This document shows, piece after piece, positions 25,789 through 37,305 of a DNA stretch of 51,351 nucleotides; position 1 is the first letter of the stretch, and each line of letters starts with the position of its first letter. The notes beneath the pieces are model-generated. The model was not told where the DNA came from. It was given only the letters and a program-made list of their open reading frames with translations, and made no database searches. Source of the stretch: Phoronis australis (taxonomy: Eukaryota; Animalia; Phoronida); contig NMRA01001130.1 in the NCBI GenBank assembly GCA_002633005.1, positions 1 through 51,351 on the forward strand, written 5' to 3'. The translations under genes and the position numbers were made by a program.

Positions 25789-26119
25789 AGACTGGCGTCG
25801 TATTCTTTGGCCTAATTTAGCGATGTTCTGGGAGTCTTGGGATGATCAACCCCAAATGGCTTTTTTAAATGGATAAATCGCTTACTAAAAACATAAAAGT
25901 CTGCTGAGTCAGAAAGCAAAGTGAAAAACATTTTCCGGCGTTACCGCTTTCAGTGACGATCCGTTGTCTGCCGCTTTGTCCCAAATACCGACCGTGGCCG
26001 TTGGAGTCGTCATAATCGTCTTCGTCGATGCTGGTGCTGCGTGCAATTTCATTGTAAGTGGCGACCCTGTAGTCTTAAAGATCGTGTTCTTCACTTGTCT
26101 GATTGCCTTTACCTCCTAG

Positions 26120-26185
26120 GTTGTCATTGTCTTAGTCATCGTTTCTCTGCTTGGTTCGAGTTCCCCTAGTCATGCTTCGCCAGAG
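26120..26185 (+). CDS. Gene C candidate signal-peptide exon
   Basis: cctcctag acceptor, gag|gtattt donor. VVIVLVIVSLLGSSSPSHASPE. Confidence 0.45.
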
Positions 26186-26420
26186 GTATTTCATGTTGAT
26201 GTCTATTATTTAAACGGACTTGTTTGTTCATAAATGACTATCAGACTGCATTTGATGAGTCGTAAATGGATACTTGAGTAATAATCAGTTAATGTAACAT
26301 CGTACAGCATTCGTGAAGCCAAACTGAGAGCCAAGCCAACGGCAGGAGTGTTGAAACGCCCATCGTCAGACTGACTCAGAGTTGCAAACTCAAATCTCAC
26401 AACTTTTTCGAATTTTCCAG

Positions 26421-26543
26421 CCTGTCTCGCCGACGTGGATTGTCCCCAAGGTATGATCTGCGCGAGAAGAAGTTACTATTGCGAACACAGGTGCATCTGT
26501 CCCTATGGCTTTGTCGGTGTCACTGAAGCCTTTTGCCGTCCTG
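26421..26543 (+). CDS. Gene C exon: EGF/EB-like Cys module
   Basis: ttttccag acceptor, g|gtatgt donor, 123 nt, phase 1-1. CLADVDCPQGMICARRSYYCEHRCICPYGFVGVTEAFCRP. Confidence 0.7.
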
Positions 26544-26705
26544 GTATGTGCTTTTTCAACATACATGTACATATACCTGATAGCCACGTAAAATTTGTCA
26601 AGAGCAACTAACGTTATCTCACATTCTGTTTTCTATGTAATGATTTGCAAAAAAAAAATGAAAGCCGGAAACAAGGCTTGGTGGTCTGCCTTTTTGTCAT
26701 ACACC

Positions 26706-27122
26706 ATAGACTATAGTACATGGACCGCCAACTCCGTATACTTTTAATTGACGAAATCTGTGCTCTTACGCACACGCCGTTACGTCATTACATCACAGGG
26801 ACACCTGGCCAAACTACCCGGTTTTATTTCCGGCAAGTACGTCGTCTGCTAATCATGGTCGGCTGTTGCGTAGTCGTATGATAGTAGCATTGGTAAAAGT
26901 GCTCACTATAACAACAGTTCTACTACTGGAAGTTTTTGAACAACGTTTCAATACCGAAATTATTCTTTTTTTCGTTGCTTTGGACAATAAAATAGATACG
27001 AAAAATTCTCTTCACCATACTCTTACCGAAAAGTGTAACAAATAATTTAGGAGAGTGAGGCCTCCTGTTGGATAGTACACAAGAAAATTTCGGAGTTGCG
27101 CATCTGCTGTCTATAATCTATA
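26706..27122. mobile_element. MITE with ~30-bp imperfect TIRs
   Basis: ATAGACTATAGTACATGGACCGCCAACTCCG versus CGGAGTTGCGCATCTGCTGTCTATAATCTAT. Confidence 0.55.
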
Positions 27123-30100
27123 CATGCACAAAGCAACGAAAGACGATGAATTAACATGAAATGAAGAAAATTGCTTCGTTTCTTAGCACAAGAGATAAAA
27201 ATGGGAACGGAAATTTAAATACCAAAAAGACCAAACGAAATAATGCCAAGAATGTTCAAGAATCCAAAACCTGTAACTGGGACTTCAGCTCAGATCACGC
27301 ATGACTCAGGTTGCACCGCGCATGCGTGAGAGTAGTTTACATTCGTTAGTTTCGGTATTGTTTTGTTATGAAGTTTAGGGATTGTTAGGAAATTCGTTCT
27401 GTACACAAATTCACAAGTGCTTATTACGGGAAAGTTCACATTTCACAATGTTTTGTGGTGTTATAACCTCGAAAAAGGTAAAACAGAGGCCCATCTGCTG
27501 ACGATTTGGGAAGATGACCGTGAGCAATGTTTATTCCTGGGTGGTGTAGAGCCGTCTAGACGTATTTCCATAAATTCGCAAGTTCTTTTAAATCTCATAA
27601 GTGTATTTTGTGTTTTCGTACACAAGCGTTCTTAGCTAATGGACGAGTTGATACCATCTTCGATGAATAGTACAGGCGTATGGGGCATACCATTGCGCGT
27701 GCATGGGCGACACGAAATTGAAAAAAACATAAATGTACTATTTTTGTGAAAAACAATGAAAAATCCGTCCACAGGGGTTAAGCAAGTCAAAATACCATTG
27801 ATAAATCAGTATAGACCTATTAATGATACTTAGAAGATTTTGAAATATTTTTTTGAAAATATCCTTGTGGCGATCTCGTTTCTAAATGCCTAAATGTACA
27901 TGTATTTCAAATGGGTCGTGTATCTACAGGCAGCCTCAATTTCGCCGTTTATTGTGTGTGTAGGGTTACTTGTACCAATTGTTTTACTTTGAAAAATACT
28001 GCAGATTGCTCATTGGCAGTAGTTACAGTTGAGGACTTTAGACAGAAAGTAAGAAGTAAACTCATTTCAAGTTAAAATTAGCTATGCTAATTCATGTACA
28101 TGTACAATGTGCCACTAGACACAATAGCCATTGAAACCTACATGTATGTTACCTTTTTACTAAAGAAAGTGGAGTTTGCAAATAACAAATCTATAATATT
28201 CATTTAATAAACACAACAGCCGTTTTAATACGTGACATGTTTTATGGGAACCATCCCACCGATTTCTACATTTTCAGACGATTATTATCAAATATCCAGC
28301 TCAGATAAAGTCAGTGAGTGTTGCTACAAAGGCAGGTTTGGCGCAGTAACCGGGCAAGCCCCTTCAATACAAATTGTTCAAACGGACGCAATAACGAATC
28401 AACATAATAAAGTGACAAAGTTTCGTGTTTTATTTGTGCATTTAGCGATTGTTGTGTATGAATAATCCGAATTACTTCACGTCAATTCAAAAGATTACCA
28501 AAAAGATCGCTCTCAATCATATTTAAGCAGTGCTCACCGGATGCTAATATACAGGCGTCATTGCTCTAAATAACGGTACATGTGGCCATTCTTATCAGTG
28601 ACCAGATGTTATTGGACCCGTGTTGACAAATGAAGAATTGTTTCGCCAACGTAGGACACTGTGACCACACCTGGAGTTGGCATTCCATTCCTATAATTCT
28701 GTACGCCAGGGTATAACTACATACTTTAATTAAGCCTGCACGTCACCCGTTTTTAATTGTAAATGTTTAAACCGAGGCACCATAGGGCTTAAACAAACAG
28801 CTACGCTCGTGCAATCTTGACTTGATGAGCCCGCAACTATTGGTACACTGTAACACGTACACGCCTTATGGTACTTTGTATCTGCCTTCCTCAAGTCCGG
28901 AATCTAATCGTTGTACTCAAAATCGAAATTCTGTTCTACTGTGGCTCAATCTTGAATTCATGTATATGGTTTATGTGTGGTAGCTACACTGTATATGTAG
29001 TGTCTAATCGTATTGTTAACACTTGATGACCAATTCAATAAAGCTTTAAGTTTGATTCCGAACTCTAAATTTCGAGTTTTGTCCATCCGGTGGTTCAAAT
29101 GTAGAGGTCCATCAAGTTCGAACATGGCCTGGAATCTCATGTTCGCAAAACGCAGTGTTCTTGACCATGGAAAAACGACGCACTTGTCTTGAGTTCGCAC
29201 TGACGCATAACTAATTATTCCAAAAACAATTTCGAATTTACTACCCGAAACAAAAATTTGGTCGTGGGCCCTGATTCTAGAAAAGCTGTAGACTTAGAGT
29301 ATTGACTTCATACCAGAACCGCTGTAAGTAGGCCTACTAAAACTTCAGCAAAATTTGCAAATAAGAAAAACAACGTTTCCACTGATTTGTACTTTCATTT
29401 GATGTTCCTTGCGTGGGTTCCTACATGTATGTTGAAATTTCATAGTTTTTTCCATGGAAGTAATATGCGAACTACATTGTACATTTCATGTGTACAGATG
29501 TAACTGTAATAGTCGCGAGAATCTTTTACTGTTTTAGGAAACTTCATCCCAATTACAGAAGAGGAAATTTCCGTATGATTAGTCCTCTATGGGATTTGGT
29601 GATCCGAACACGAAGACATTACTGTCTCATTATGCTAAAGTTACATGCCATTAATTTGACCCATTTTCCTCTTCAGGAATGAGGGATTTCTTTACGTGGA
29701 TATCGAATGATCTGGATTGGGTAAAGCCCATGATAGGAAATAACAGTCTCTATGGAGCCGTCGCTGTCAATTATATAACACAAATTATGGACGATTTTAC
29801 CCTGGTAAGAATTTTGAGCAATGCCTTCGAACCTACCAGAGCACGATTGCAAAATTGAAATAATACTACTTTTCATGATTTTCACAAGATTTAACCTTTC
29901 AAATTGTGATTTTTCACCCCTAATAGCAACCTAGGTCAACCAATGCCATGTTTGAATCACTCAGACCCGAAGTGTTCTGACTTTTTCATTAACTTTGGAC
30001 CCAAACGCAGTGCTATCTCGAATGCAGTTTCAGCTACACAGGGACCGTCGGGGATTACACGGCGGTAGATCTCTCTTTTTACCCGAGTTAAAAAAACGCG

Positions 30101-30337
30101 AGGTCACGTTTTGCAGATGAGGCACATTTTCGTGTCTCATTGATTTCGGGCCGGCAAAGTATTTCATATCTCGCACCCACTTTGTCACGTCGAAGTTGCA
30201 GCCCGTAGCACAGCTGCAATACTTCGTTGGCATTAGAAAGGGCGAATAGATTAAAGCAACCGTGAAAAACTTGTAAAGAATCACAAAACAACAAATTAAA
30301 TGGAGAGTAGGTTCGTCATTGTCTCTGGAGGCATTGC

Positions 30338-31090
30338 AGTATAAGATGGTCACTTACTTAGAGACGTGGTAGGTTGTTTGCCGACATTTCGACCTGGTAC
30401 GCCTGGTCTTTATCGATGAATGAGAGATTGCCAGCCTTTTGCTGGTTGAGAATGCTGGAATACGTGGGGGTAAGTGGAGTCCTCGGTTCCGGTTCAAGAG
30501 GGGGCGCTGACTGTTGATGTTTATGGACTCATTGAGCGGCGAGCTTACCAATATTGTTCTTTGGCTAGGATCCTGGGTGACAAAAGAGAGATAGAAAGCC
30601 CAGTCGCCAATATGTGTTCCCCCACAGCTGTTGGTCTGTCTATTTTGTTATGCTCTTTGAATGTGGTAAGGAACGGTCTCTTGGTCTCTCAAATGTAGGT
30701 GTGGTTGAGATCCTGGTCACACTTCAGCTGGTATATGACACCACATTGCTTAGCCATGGGGTTTGGGTTTTTAGGTCTGACTAGTAGGGAACGGAGGGTG
30801 TTGATAGGTTTCATGTAAGAAGAAATTCCGTGCATTCTATAAGTGTGTTGTGGACGTTCAGACACTCCTCTTATGTATGGGATGGCAACGGAGGGACCAT
30901 CGAGATTATCGGTAGATTGACGACTAGGGGAGTCTGTGAACATCCATTCCTGGTATCCATTTGCTCGAAAAGCATGTATCCCAGCATTTTTAACCAACTA
31001 AAGGCGGTGAATCCCTCATTCATCTACAACGACCTGGTGGACAAGGTCGAAACGTCTGCAAACCACCTAAGTAAGTCACCGTCTTAAACT
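30338..31090 (-). mobile_element. 5'-truncated Penelope-like element (RT thumb/linker + GIY-YIG) with inverted pLTRs
   Basis: NGYQEW, IPYIRGVSE, KPINTLRSLLVRPK, GVIYQLKC, YI*ETKR...FKEH, ESINI...LNRNRG. Region 30338-30463 is an inverted diverged copy of 30976-31090. Confidence 0.88.
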
Positions 31091-32091
31091 AAACAAAGTA
31101 AATACACATACTCACTCCAATGGCACGAAAATGAGGTAGTAAAGCAGAATGGCAGTAAACTGTGAAATGTATCTGACGGAAGTTTACGGCATTGTGGGTA
31201 AATATAACGAGCTTGGAGTGTCGCTGGCTGTATACCGGGACGGTCGTATTGAAAGATATACTTCCTCATATCCGTCTCGTCCAAAAATTACGCAAGTACG
31301 TAGTCGGCAGTGAAAACGACAGCCTCCTTTAACAAAACGATTAAATACACCAAATCAGCAGTTTTCATGTAAAGCCCACCGTTCACATTATAAAGTATAA
31401 CAGAGTGGGCATTCAGACTTTCAGCACCCTCAGTTGAACGGTGGAGGCCGAGGAGTCGGATTTTTCAAATGTCTGAAGAGTTTCAGTCCTGGTACTGGAA
31501 CTTGCAGTGCTGTTAATTTGACTTCCCACCGTAAAAAATGAGGGTTTAAAACATGCCACGTCCAAGCAAAAACGGATGGAGGGGTCAACAATTGGCTTTT
31601 AACAACGTTCAAGAAACTGAAATTCGATGCCATAATACGCACGGAAAAATCACAATGCCCAGTCAATCTATTGCGTGTCAGTTTTTAATCAACTTGCGTA
31701 GGTAAATTTAGCTGAGACTCACCAGCTATTGAGTGACAACTAAGCGATAAAAAATCCCAAAAAATTTTGTAGCCCAACTTCCTCTGTCTTGAAATTTACA
31801 CTTGTCAGAGATTTCTTCCAGTACTGGCGGCCCGTTTCAGAGTTATGTGCCACTTCTAAAATTGTTTTGCAGTCGTAGAGCATAGGCTTAAATTTTGAGT
31901 ACAGGAACAGCAAATTATTGAATAGACTTCCTATTGTTAATCGTGCAAGCAAAATTCGGCCCAAATCTGCGTCCCAGCAAAGTTTTGTCCAATGGAGATG
32001 TTTTTTTCTGGAAAATGCCGAGATTCTTTAAGGAGTGTTTCAAGCTGAGAATGTTAATTTAGTTCTTATTCCGTCTTTTTTTTTCTTTTAG

Positions 32092-32302
32092 CTGTCCCGT
32101 GCGGCAACGTGTCATGCACGCAGTTGGATGTGCCGCGACACCGAGTCGTTTCAGCTACTTTTTGGCACGGACTGGATTCCACGACCCGATGGTCATGTTA
32201 CGACCAATTTTGCTGAAGTGCAAGAACTTGTTTGCTCTGTTTTGCATTCCAGAATTAGTGTAATATACAGACAAGCATTTGGATCGTGGATCACTGTGGT
32301 GC
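32092..32302 (+). CDS. Gene C candidate exon (Cys stretch plus SEA-like segment), possibly frameshifted
   Basis: Very strong acceptor (tttttttttcttttag), c|gtatgt donor. AVPCGNVSC is in one frame and CRDTESFQLLFGTDWIPRPDGHVTTNFAEVQELVCSVL in another. Confidence 0.4.
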
Positions 32303-33493
32303 GTATGTCCTTTGCACATGCAAATCACCCACCATAAGTACAGAATGTTTTGATAGCAATAATCAGTCACAAAAGTCGTCCCAGTGGTGGTCACTGTACG
32401 GCACAGCTGGTCCATTTGGTGAGCGATTTCTAAATTTTGAGCCGTATTCACTGTGATTGCGGAACAAAGTGTGGGAGTATTCCTTTTGATGTAAATATAT
32501 TGATTAGCAGGAACGCGGGAAGCGTGGGCTGGGGAGGTGGGTCAGGTGTTTTTTCGTCTCTCCAATAATTTGCCGGCCCAGGGTTAAACTGTAAATTCCG
32601 GAATATCTGCGTGCCTCAAGCACAGGAAATGAATTTTTAAGAGCTAAAACGAAAGTGCTCAATATTTATAATAGAATACTACTCGCAAGAATGGAACGCC
32701 ACAAGCGTCACGTTGTGGCAGGTCTTTACTTACGGGACGAGTCATTTCTAACATGCTGACGCGTCACTGATGCTGTCGAATATTTCTGGATGTTTTTAAA
32801 AGAACAAATCGGTTTTAAGATTATACTGCGTGTTGACGATACCGATGAGATTGTCATGCTTGGACGTGACTGACAGGTACAAAGACTGTAGATCATATAA
32901 CGACGGTGTTCCAAGAGACAAGTACAGAGCTTAAAAGCGTCCCGGAAAGTGTGCCACACGAACAATGAGTGGCTTAAAGGAATTTGTACGATCAACAAGT
33001 ACGGTGACGGGTAGTACGTACAGCGGCGACAATTTCTTGCAGTCCAGTAATCCCTTTCACCAAACAGGAGCACGACCTAAATGATAACGACATTAATTTC
33101 AACTCACACGCAAAAATGCCACAAATTCAAGATCATAGAGATTCTGTACATTTATTTGGTATGGATAAGTAAAATATTGGACAAGCAAACAGTTGATAAT
33201 ACTCCCAATTAATTTTGAAAGAAATCAAGCTAAAATTGTATTGTTTGAAAATTAAAAATTACGATATTTAATATAAAAACGAACTAAAGTAAAAACTTTT
33301 TTCGATTTTTGTCAGTTTCAGAGCCATTTCTACTTATTCTAGATAGGAACCTGGAGATTTGACCAGTGTATATACCCTCCTTAAGAAAAGAGGAGACTGC
33401 TGTACAAGACCTTTCAGGTTACCTTTGTGACAGTTACGTTTCCAAAGAATTTCTTACGTTGAGAACGCTTGTTTTTCGTATTATTTGTATGCA

Positions 33494-33670
33494 TGGGAAA
33501 TGTGATGGGAAATCCTATTGGGTTTCTTAAAAGCCTCATACGGATTCAAGTGGGGTTTCCTATAGGATATCCTATTGGATTTCTTATAGCAAGTGAAATA
33601 TTATGGGAAGTCCTATGGAAATCCTACTGGAATTCAATTGGAAATCCCATTGGAAGTTTTTGAATAGGAA
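33494..33670. repeat. Degenerate short-period GGAAATCCTATWGG repeat cluster
   Basis: About ten variants of GG(A/T)(A/T)TCC(T/C)AT(A/T)GG in ~180 bp. Confidence 0.55.
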
Positions 33671-33991
33671 ATGCACTTTCACAAGCTAGCCACTTGTAAT
33701 TTGTTATACTATAGTTTGTGCATTGGGTGGGATAGGATTCATTATCTTGTTAGCTTGTTCTGTCAATTTAATCCTGTATATATATTTTTTAATTATGTCG
33801 CTAGGTCAGTTACTTTATCTATGTTCAGTTGAGAGTAGATTTTTTTCGAAGGTATGAACGTAACGGAATAACGGCTGTCAACAATGAAGTGTCGTGCATA
33901 TAACCGATTCTGTATATTTTTGACGTTGTAATTTGTGGCATTCTGCTCTGGGTTAAATTATGATTTCAACCCTTGGTAGTTTTGGTTAAGG

Positions 33992-34107
33992 CTGAATTCC
34001 TGTTCAAAGAACAGAGACTATGATAAAGCTTCCGATAGAAGCCTGGACACTGAATTCCTGTTCAAAGAACAGAGACTATGATAAAGCTTCCGATAGAAGC
34101 CTGGACA
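33992..34107. repeat. Perfect 58-bp tandem duplication
   Basis: 33992-34049 is identical to 34050-34107. Confidence 0.95.
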
Positions 34108-36146
34108 TTAATAAATTTGTGACATGCTCCTGACTCGCGCATTTATTATTTTCCTGACAAAACCTACGATGACAAGAAAACCATCTTTATTAATCGTCCA
34201 CTTGAAAGACGTGTCACGATATTACAGAATCTTGGTAGCTTTTCTTACATAATTCATGTTTTCTATGGGAATAGCATGAAATTGTTTTTGTGCCAGTTTT
34301 TATCGGGAGACCCGATAATTCCTCTATCAGACTACATTTACTTTTGAATATTCATTGACTAAGGATACAGATTATTGGCATCAGCGCACTTAGCGTGCAT
34401 GCATATTTTCCATCTGGTTGGCAGATGCATCCTTGTGCTGCATCTATGACAGATTGTCACCCACCGTTACAGCTCAACATGTATCTCACTCTCATACATT
34501 GTATGTTGTTTCACTGTAAACTACTTGTAGCTTCGTTATTGCTTCGAAGTTAGCACAAGCATGTACTTAAACGAATAAATACTTCAACAGCCCAGCGTTG
34601 TCTCACAAAAATCTAATGCGAGTGTGCATGTAAACTTGCCTCATATTGGTCAATGCAAAGTGGTTGCGCTGATGACCTTTTAGGCTAGTCTGATATCGGA
34701 TTTAGTTAGCCCCTAAACTGACTGACATCGAAGCATGCATGTACTCGATCACTGACCAAAACACAAGGTCTTATTTGTCGGACAGTGACGAGACACTAAC
34801 TAAGCACACTTGAGAAATACATGTCGATTCAACTCTGACGCGTTTCGATGACTCGTCGCGTGTCAGAAAAGACCCGTCACAAGGTGACGCTAGGGGCTTT
34901 CCATACTCAAGCCAGACAGGGCGTGACACACGGTCCACCATACTGGTGATAAATATACATAGCCCAGAAAGCGCCAAGATGCATCATATCTGCACAGAAG
35001 TCTATATATAATTATAATACACGAATACATAAATAAAAAACTGATGTTAAGATTACAGTGATATAATTACGAATGTAAATAATTCATTTTAATACACATG
35101 TACAATACTATCTACTCACACAAAGAGATTTGTTGTTATAAAGAATATCTGATACTATTTCAAATAAAATCTTATCTTTATTTGGGTTGAGTTTTTGACA
35201 TCCATATAGACAAAAAATAATCTTGTTGTACAATTGCTGAATTTCAGAATATTTTTGTAAACGTTGTGGTATTGTTCGAGTGTCTGGAAAAGCTGTACCC
35301 TTTGCTCCTTGCATACGTCACAAGCAAAGAAAACTTGAGGATATGTCTGGGTGTCTCCACTGGAATACAGAGGCGAAATATTATTAAAATTATGTCTAAA
35401 TTTCTCGTTGTTTATGAATAGACCGCATCTTGATCTGTATAGGGTTATTTCATGGTTGTAAGGAAGTTTGAATGGTGTCAACGGGACTGGCAAGTCTTGA
35501 GTAGTGGTATGCATTTTAAAGTTACTTTTAGAGTGACGATTGAAGTGCTTTTATTTTGAATGGTAAGGAATTCCAGTTGTCAAAACTAGTTAATATCGTT
35601 GATCTCCTGAAGGCTTGGCTGATGGCAGATAGAAAAGTGTGCATATTACTTTGCCGCAGTCCTGGTCTCGTGCTTGGTCTTTTGTAGGAGTCAAAGAGGA
35701 TTTTGTAAGAGTAATTGTTTAGGTTGGTAAAGACTCGCTAGTTTGCTCCAGTTGAGACTATTTAGAGCCTTGATTGTGCTGGACACTTTGGATGCCTCTG
35801 TTATGGCTAAAGATGCATGGTATTGTAGTCTTTCTGTCAGAATATAGTCTGACAGTATTTTTAGTTTGTTTTGTTTTGTTATTCTGTTTGATTGGCATGA
35901 CCCCTGAGTTAAGTACAGTGAAGATGTTATTTGTTTTACTTCAAAATAGTGTGGAACTTTCTAGAAGACTCTAGCATGACAGTGATTAATGCAGTCTGGA
36001 ATATTCTAGAGACTAGTACATATTTGTAGAATGATTGGGTAGATTCCAGAAAGTTCTGGTATGCGCTTGAATTGATGAAAAGTTCTAGAACAATGCATTA
36101 GGCCATAAATACACAAGCACGGGTTTGTGTTAGTCACTTGAGTCCA

Positions 36147-36256
36147 AGAAGATTAAGTCAGTTGAGTCCAAGAAGATCAAGTCAGTTCACAAGAAGATCA
36201 AGTCAGTTCACAAGAAGATCAAGTCAGTTCACAAGAAGATCAAGTCAGTTCAAGAA
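36147..36256. repeat. 21-23 bp tandem repeats inside the LTR (also at ~37811-37900)
   Basis: AAGAAGATCAAGTCAGTTCAC units downstream of a TATA-like (C/T)ATAAATA. The 3' LTR has one unit fewer. Confidence 0.85.
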
Positions 36257-36596
36257 AGTTAGTCAGATGAACTACAGTTGAGTTGCAGTGAAGAGAATCA
36301 GCAGTTACAGCGATAGTCAATAGAGAGCCAGCTATAGAGACAGCAGGTTATTGAATCCGTGTAACAGTTGCTGGAAGTATCTAAGAAGTTCAATACAAGT
36401 CAAGACTTCGCAGCACTGGCTGGAGCATAAACAGACATTACGTCGGACGTTTTGTTTGAGTAGGCTTGTGAACGCACGGTCGGGATTGATAAAGGATTAA
36501 CTCGAACCAGTCTTCAGTCAATCTTCGCACCGAAAGCTATTAGCACCGGTCTGTAACAACCTGCGGCCACCCACACACGGGGAAAAACGTGACAAT

Positions 36597-36614
36597 TGGC
36601 GAGCACGCCAGGAG
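36597..36614 (+). promoter_or_regulatory. Primer binding site complementary to the tRNA-Arg(ACG) 3' end
   Basis: TGGCGAGCACGCCAGGAG, 2 nt after the 5' LTR. 16/18 match to TGGCGAGCCAGCCAGGAG, the complement of the animal tRNA-Arg(ACG) 3' end as I recall it. Confidence 0.75.
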
Positions 36615-36669
36615 CTTACTGACGGTAACAAGGTGTGATAAACTGGACTGTTGGAATTAGCAACTCACT

Positions 36670-37305
36670 ATGGAGACAAGATCTCAAATAAGGGAGTTAA
36701 TGGCCCTCAGACAAGAAATGGGTCTGCAGGGGAAGCAAATCCAAATGTCAGCAGCTGTCAGGCACCGAGGTTCTCAGAGTAAGGATTCGGTGAAGCATGC
36801 TAACCCTGAAAGCGCCTTCAAAGGAAAGCTGCGTCTGAAGGAGGGATATATTGGCACGAAGAAGGTCTCAGTGTTGAGACACACAGGCTGCACGACAATT
36901 GTGGTTCGATCCAGTCTAATCGAACCAGGAGATATGACCTGCCGGAAGTGGTCATGCGAGTTGGCAGACTCTATGAAGAGATGGCTGCCTGTCACAAAGA
37001 TCAACATCACGACACCGTATTACACAGGAGAAGTGTTTGCGATATGTATGAAGCGTCCAGTGGCCGAATTGGTTATCGGGGACGTGCCTGGCGCCTTGGA
37101 CCCAGGCGATGTTGAGCGACAGCAGAGAGCAACAACTGCCAACGAGGACAATACAGGCAATAGCCTTGTGGAATGTCTGGAAGATGACTCTCAAAAGGGT
37201 ACGACTTCCCAAGAGAAGAACTCAGTGACCTCAACTCTAGAGGGAGAAGAGGTGGCCGACAAGTCGGTAGGAACAGATCCTGATGAATCCAGCAGGAAAC
37301 GATAG
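36670..37305 (+). CDS. Gag N-terminus fused to a retropepsin-like protease with a D->H active-site change (211 aa)
   Basis: VSVLRHTGCTTIVV (cf. LRDTG), ELAD, TPYYTG and LVIGDVPGA motifs. AVTTRAQA follows in another frame. Confidence 0.75.
   Translation: METRSQIRELMALRQEMGLQGKQIQMSAAVRHRGSQSKDSVKHANPESAFKGKLRLKEGYIGTKKVSVLRHTGCTTIVVRSSLIEPGDMTCRKWSCELADSMKRWLPVTKINITTPYYTGEVFAICMKRPVAELVIGDVPGALDPGDVERQQRATTANEDNTGNSLVECLEDDSQKGTTSQEKNSVTSTLEGEEVADKSVGTDPDESSRKR

Noticed and set aside
26153-26165. B-box-like GGTTCGAGTTCCC
   Set aside because: No A box or tRNA fold. Better explained as part of the candidate signal-peptide exon.
32726-33076. Minus-strand 115-aa ORF with plausible splice sites
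   Set aside because: No recognisable motif in any frame and no partner exons.
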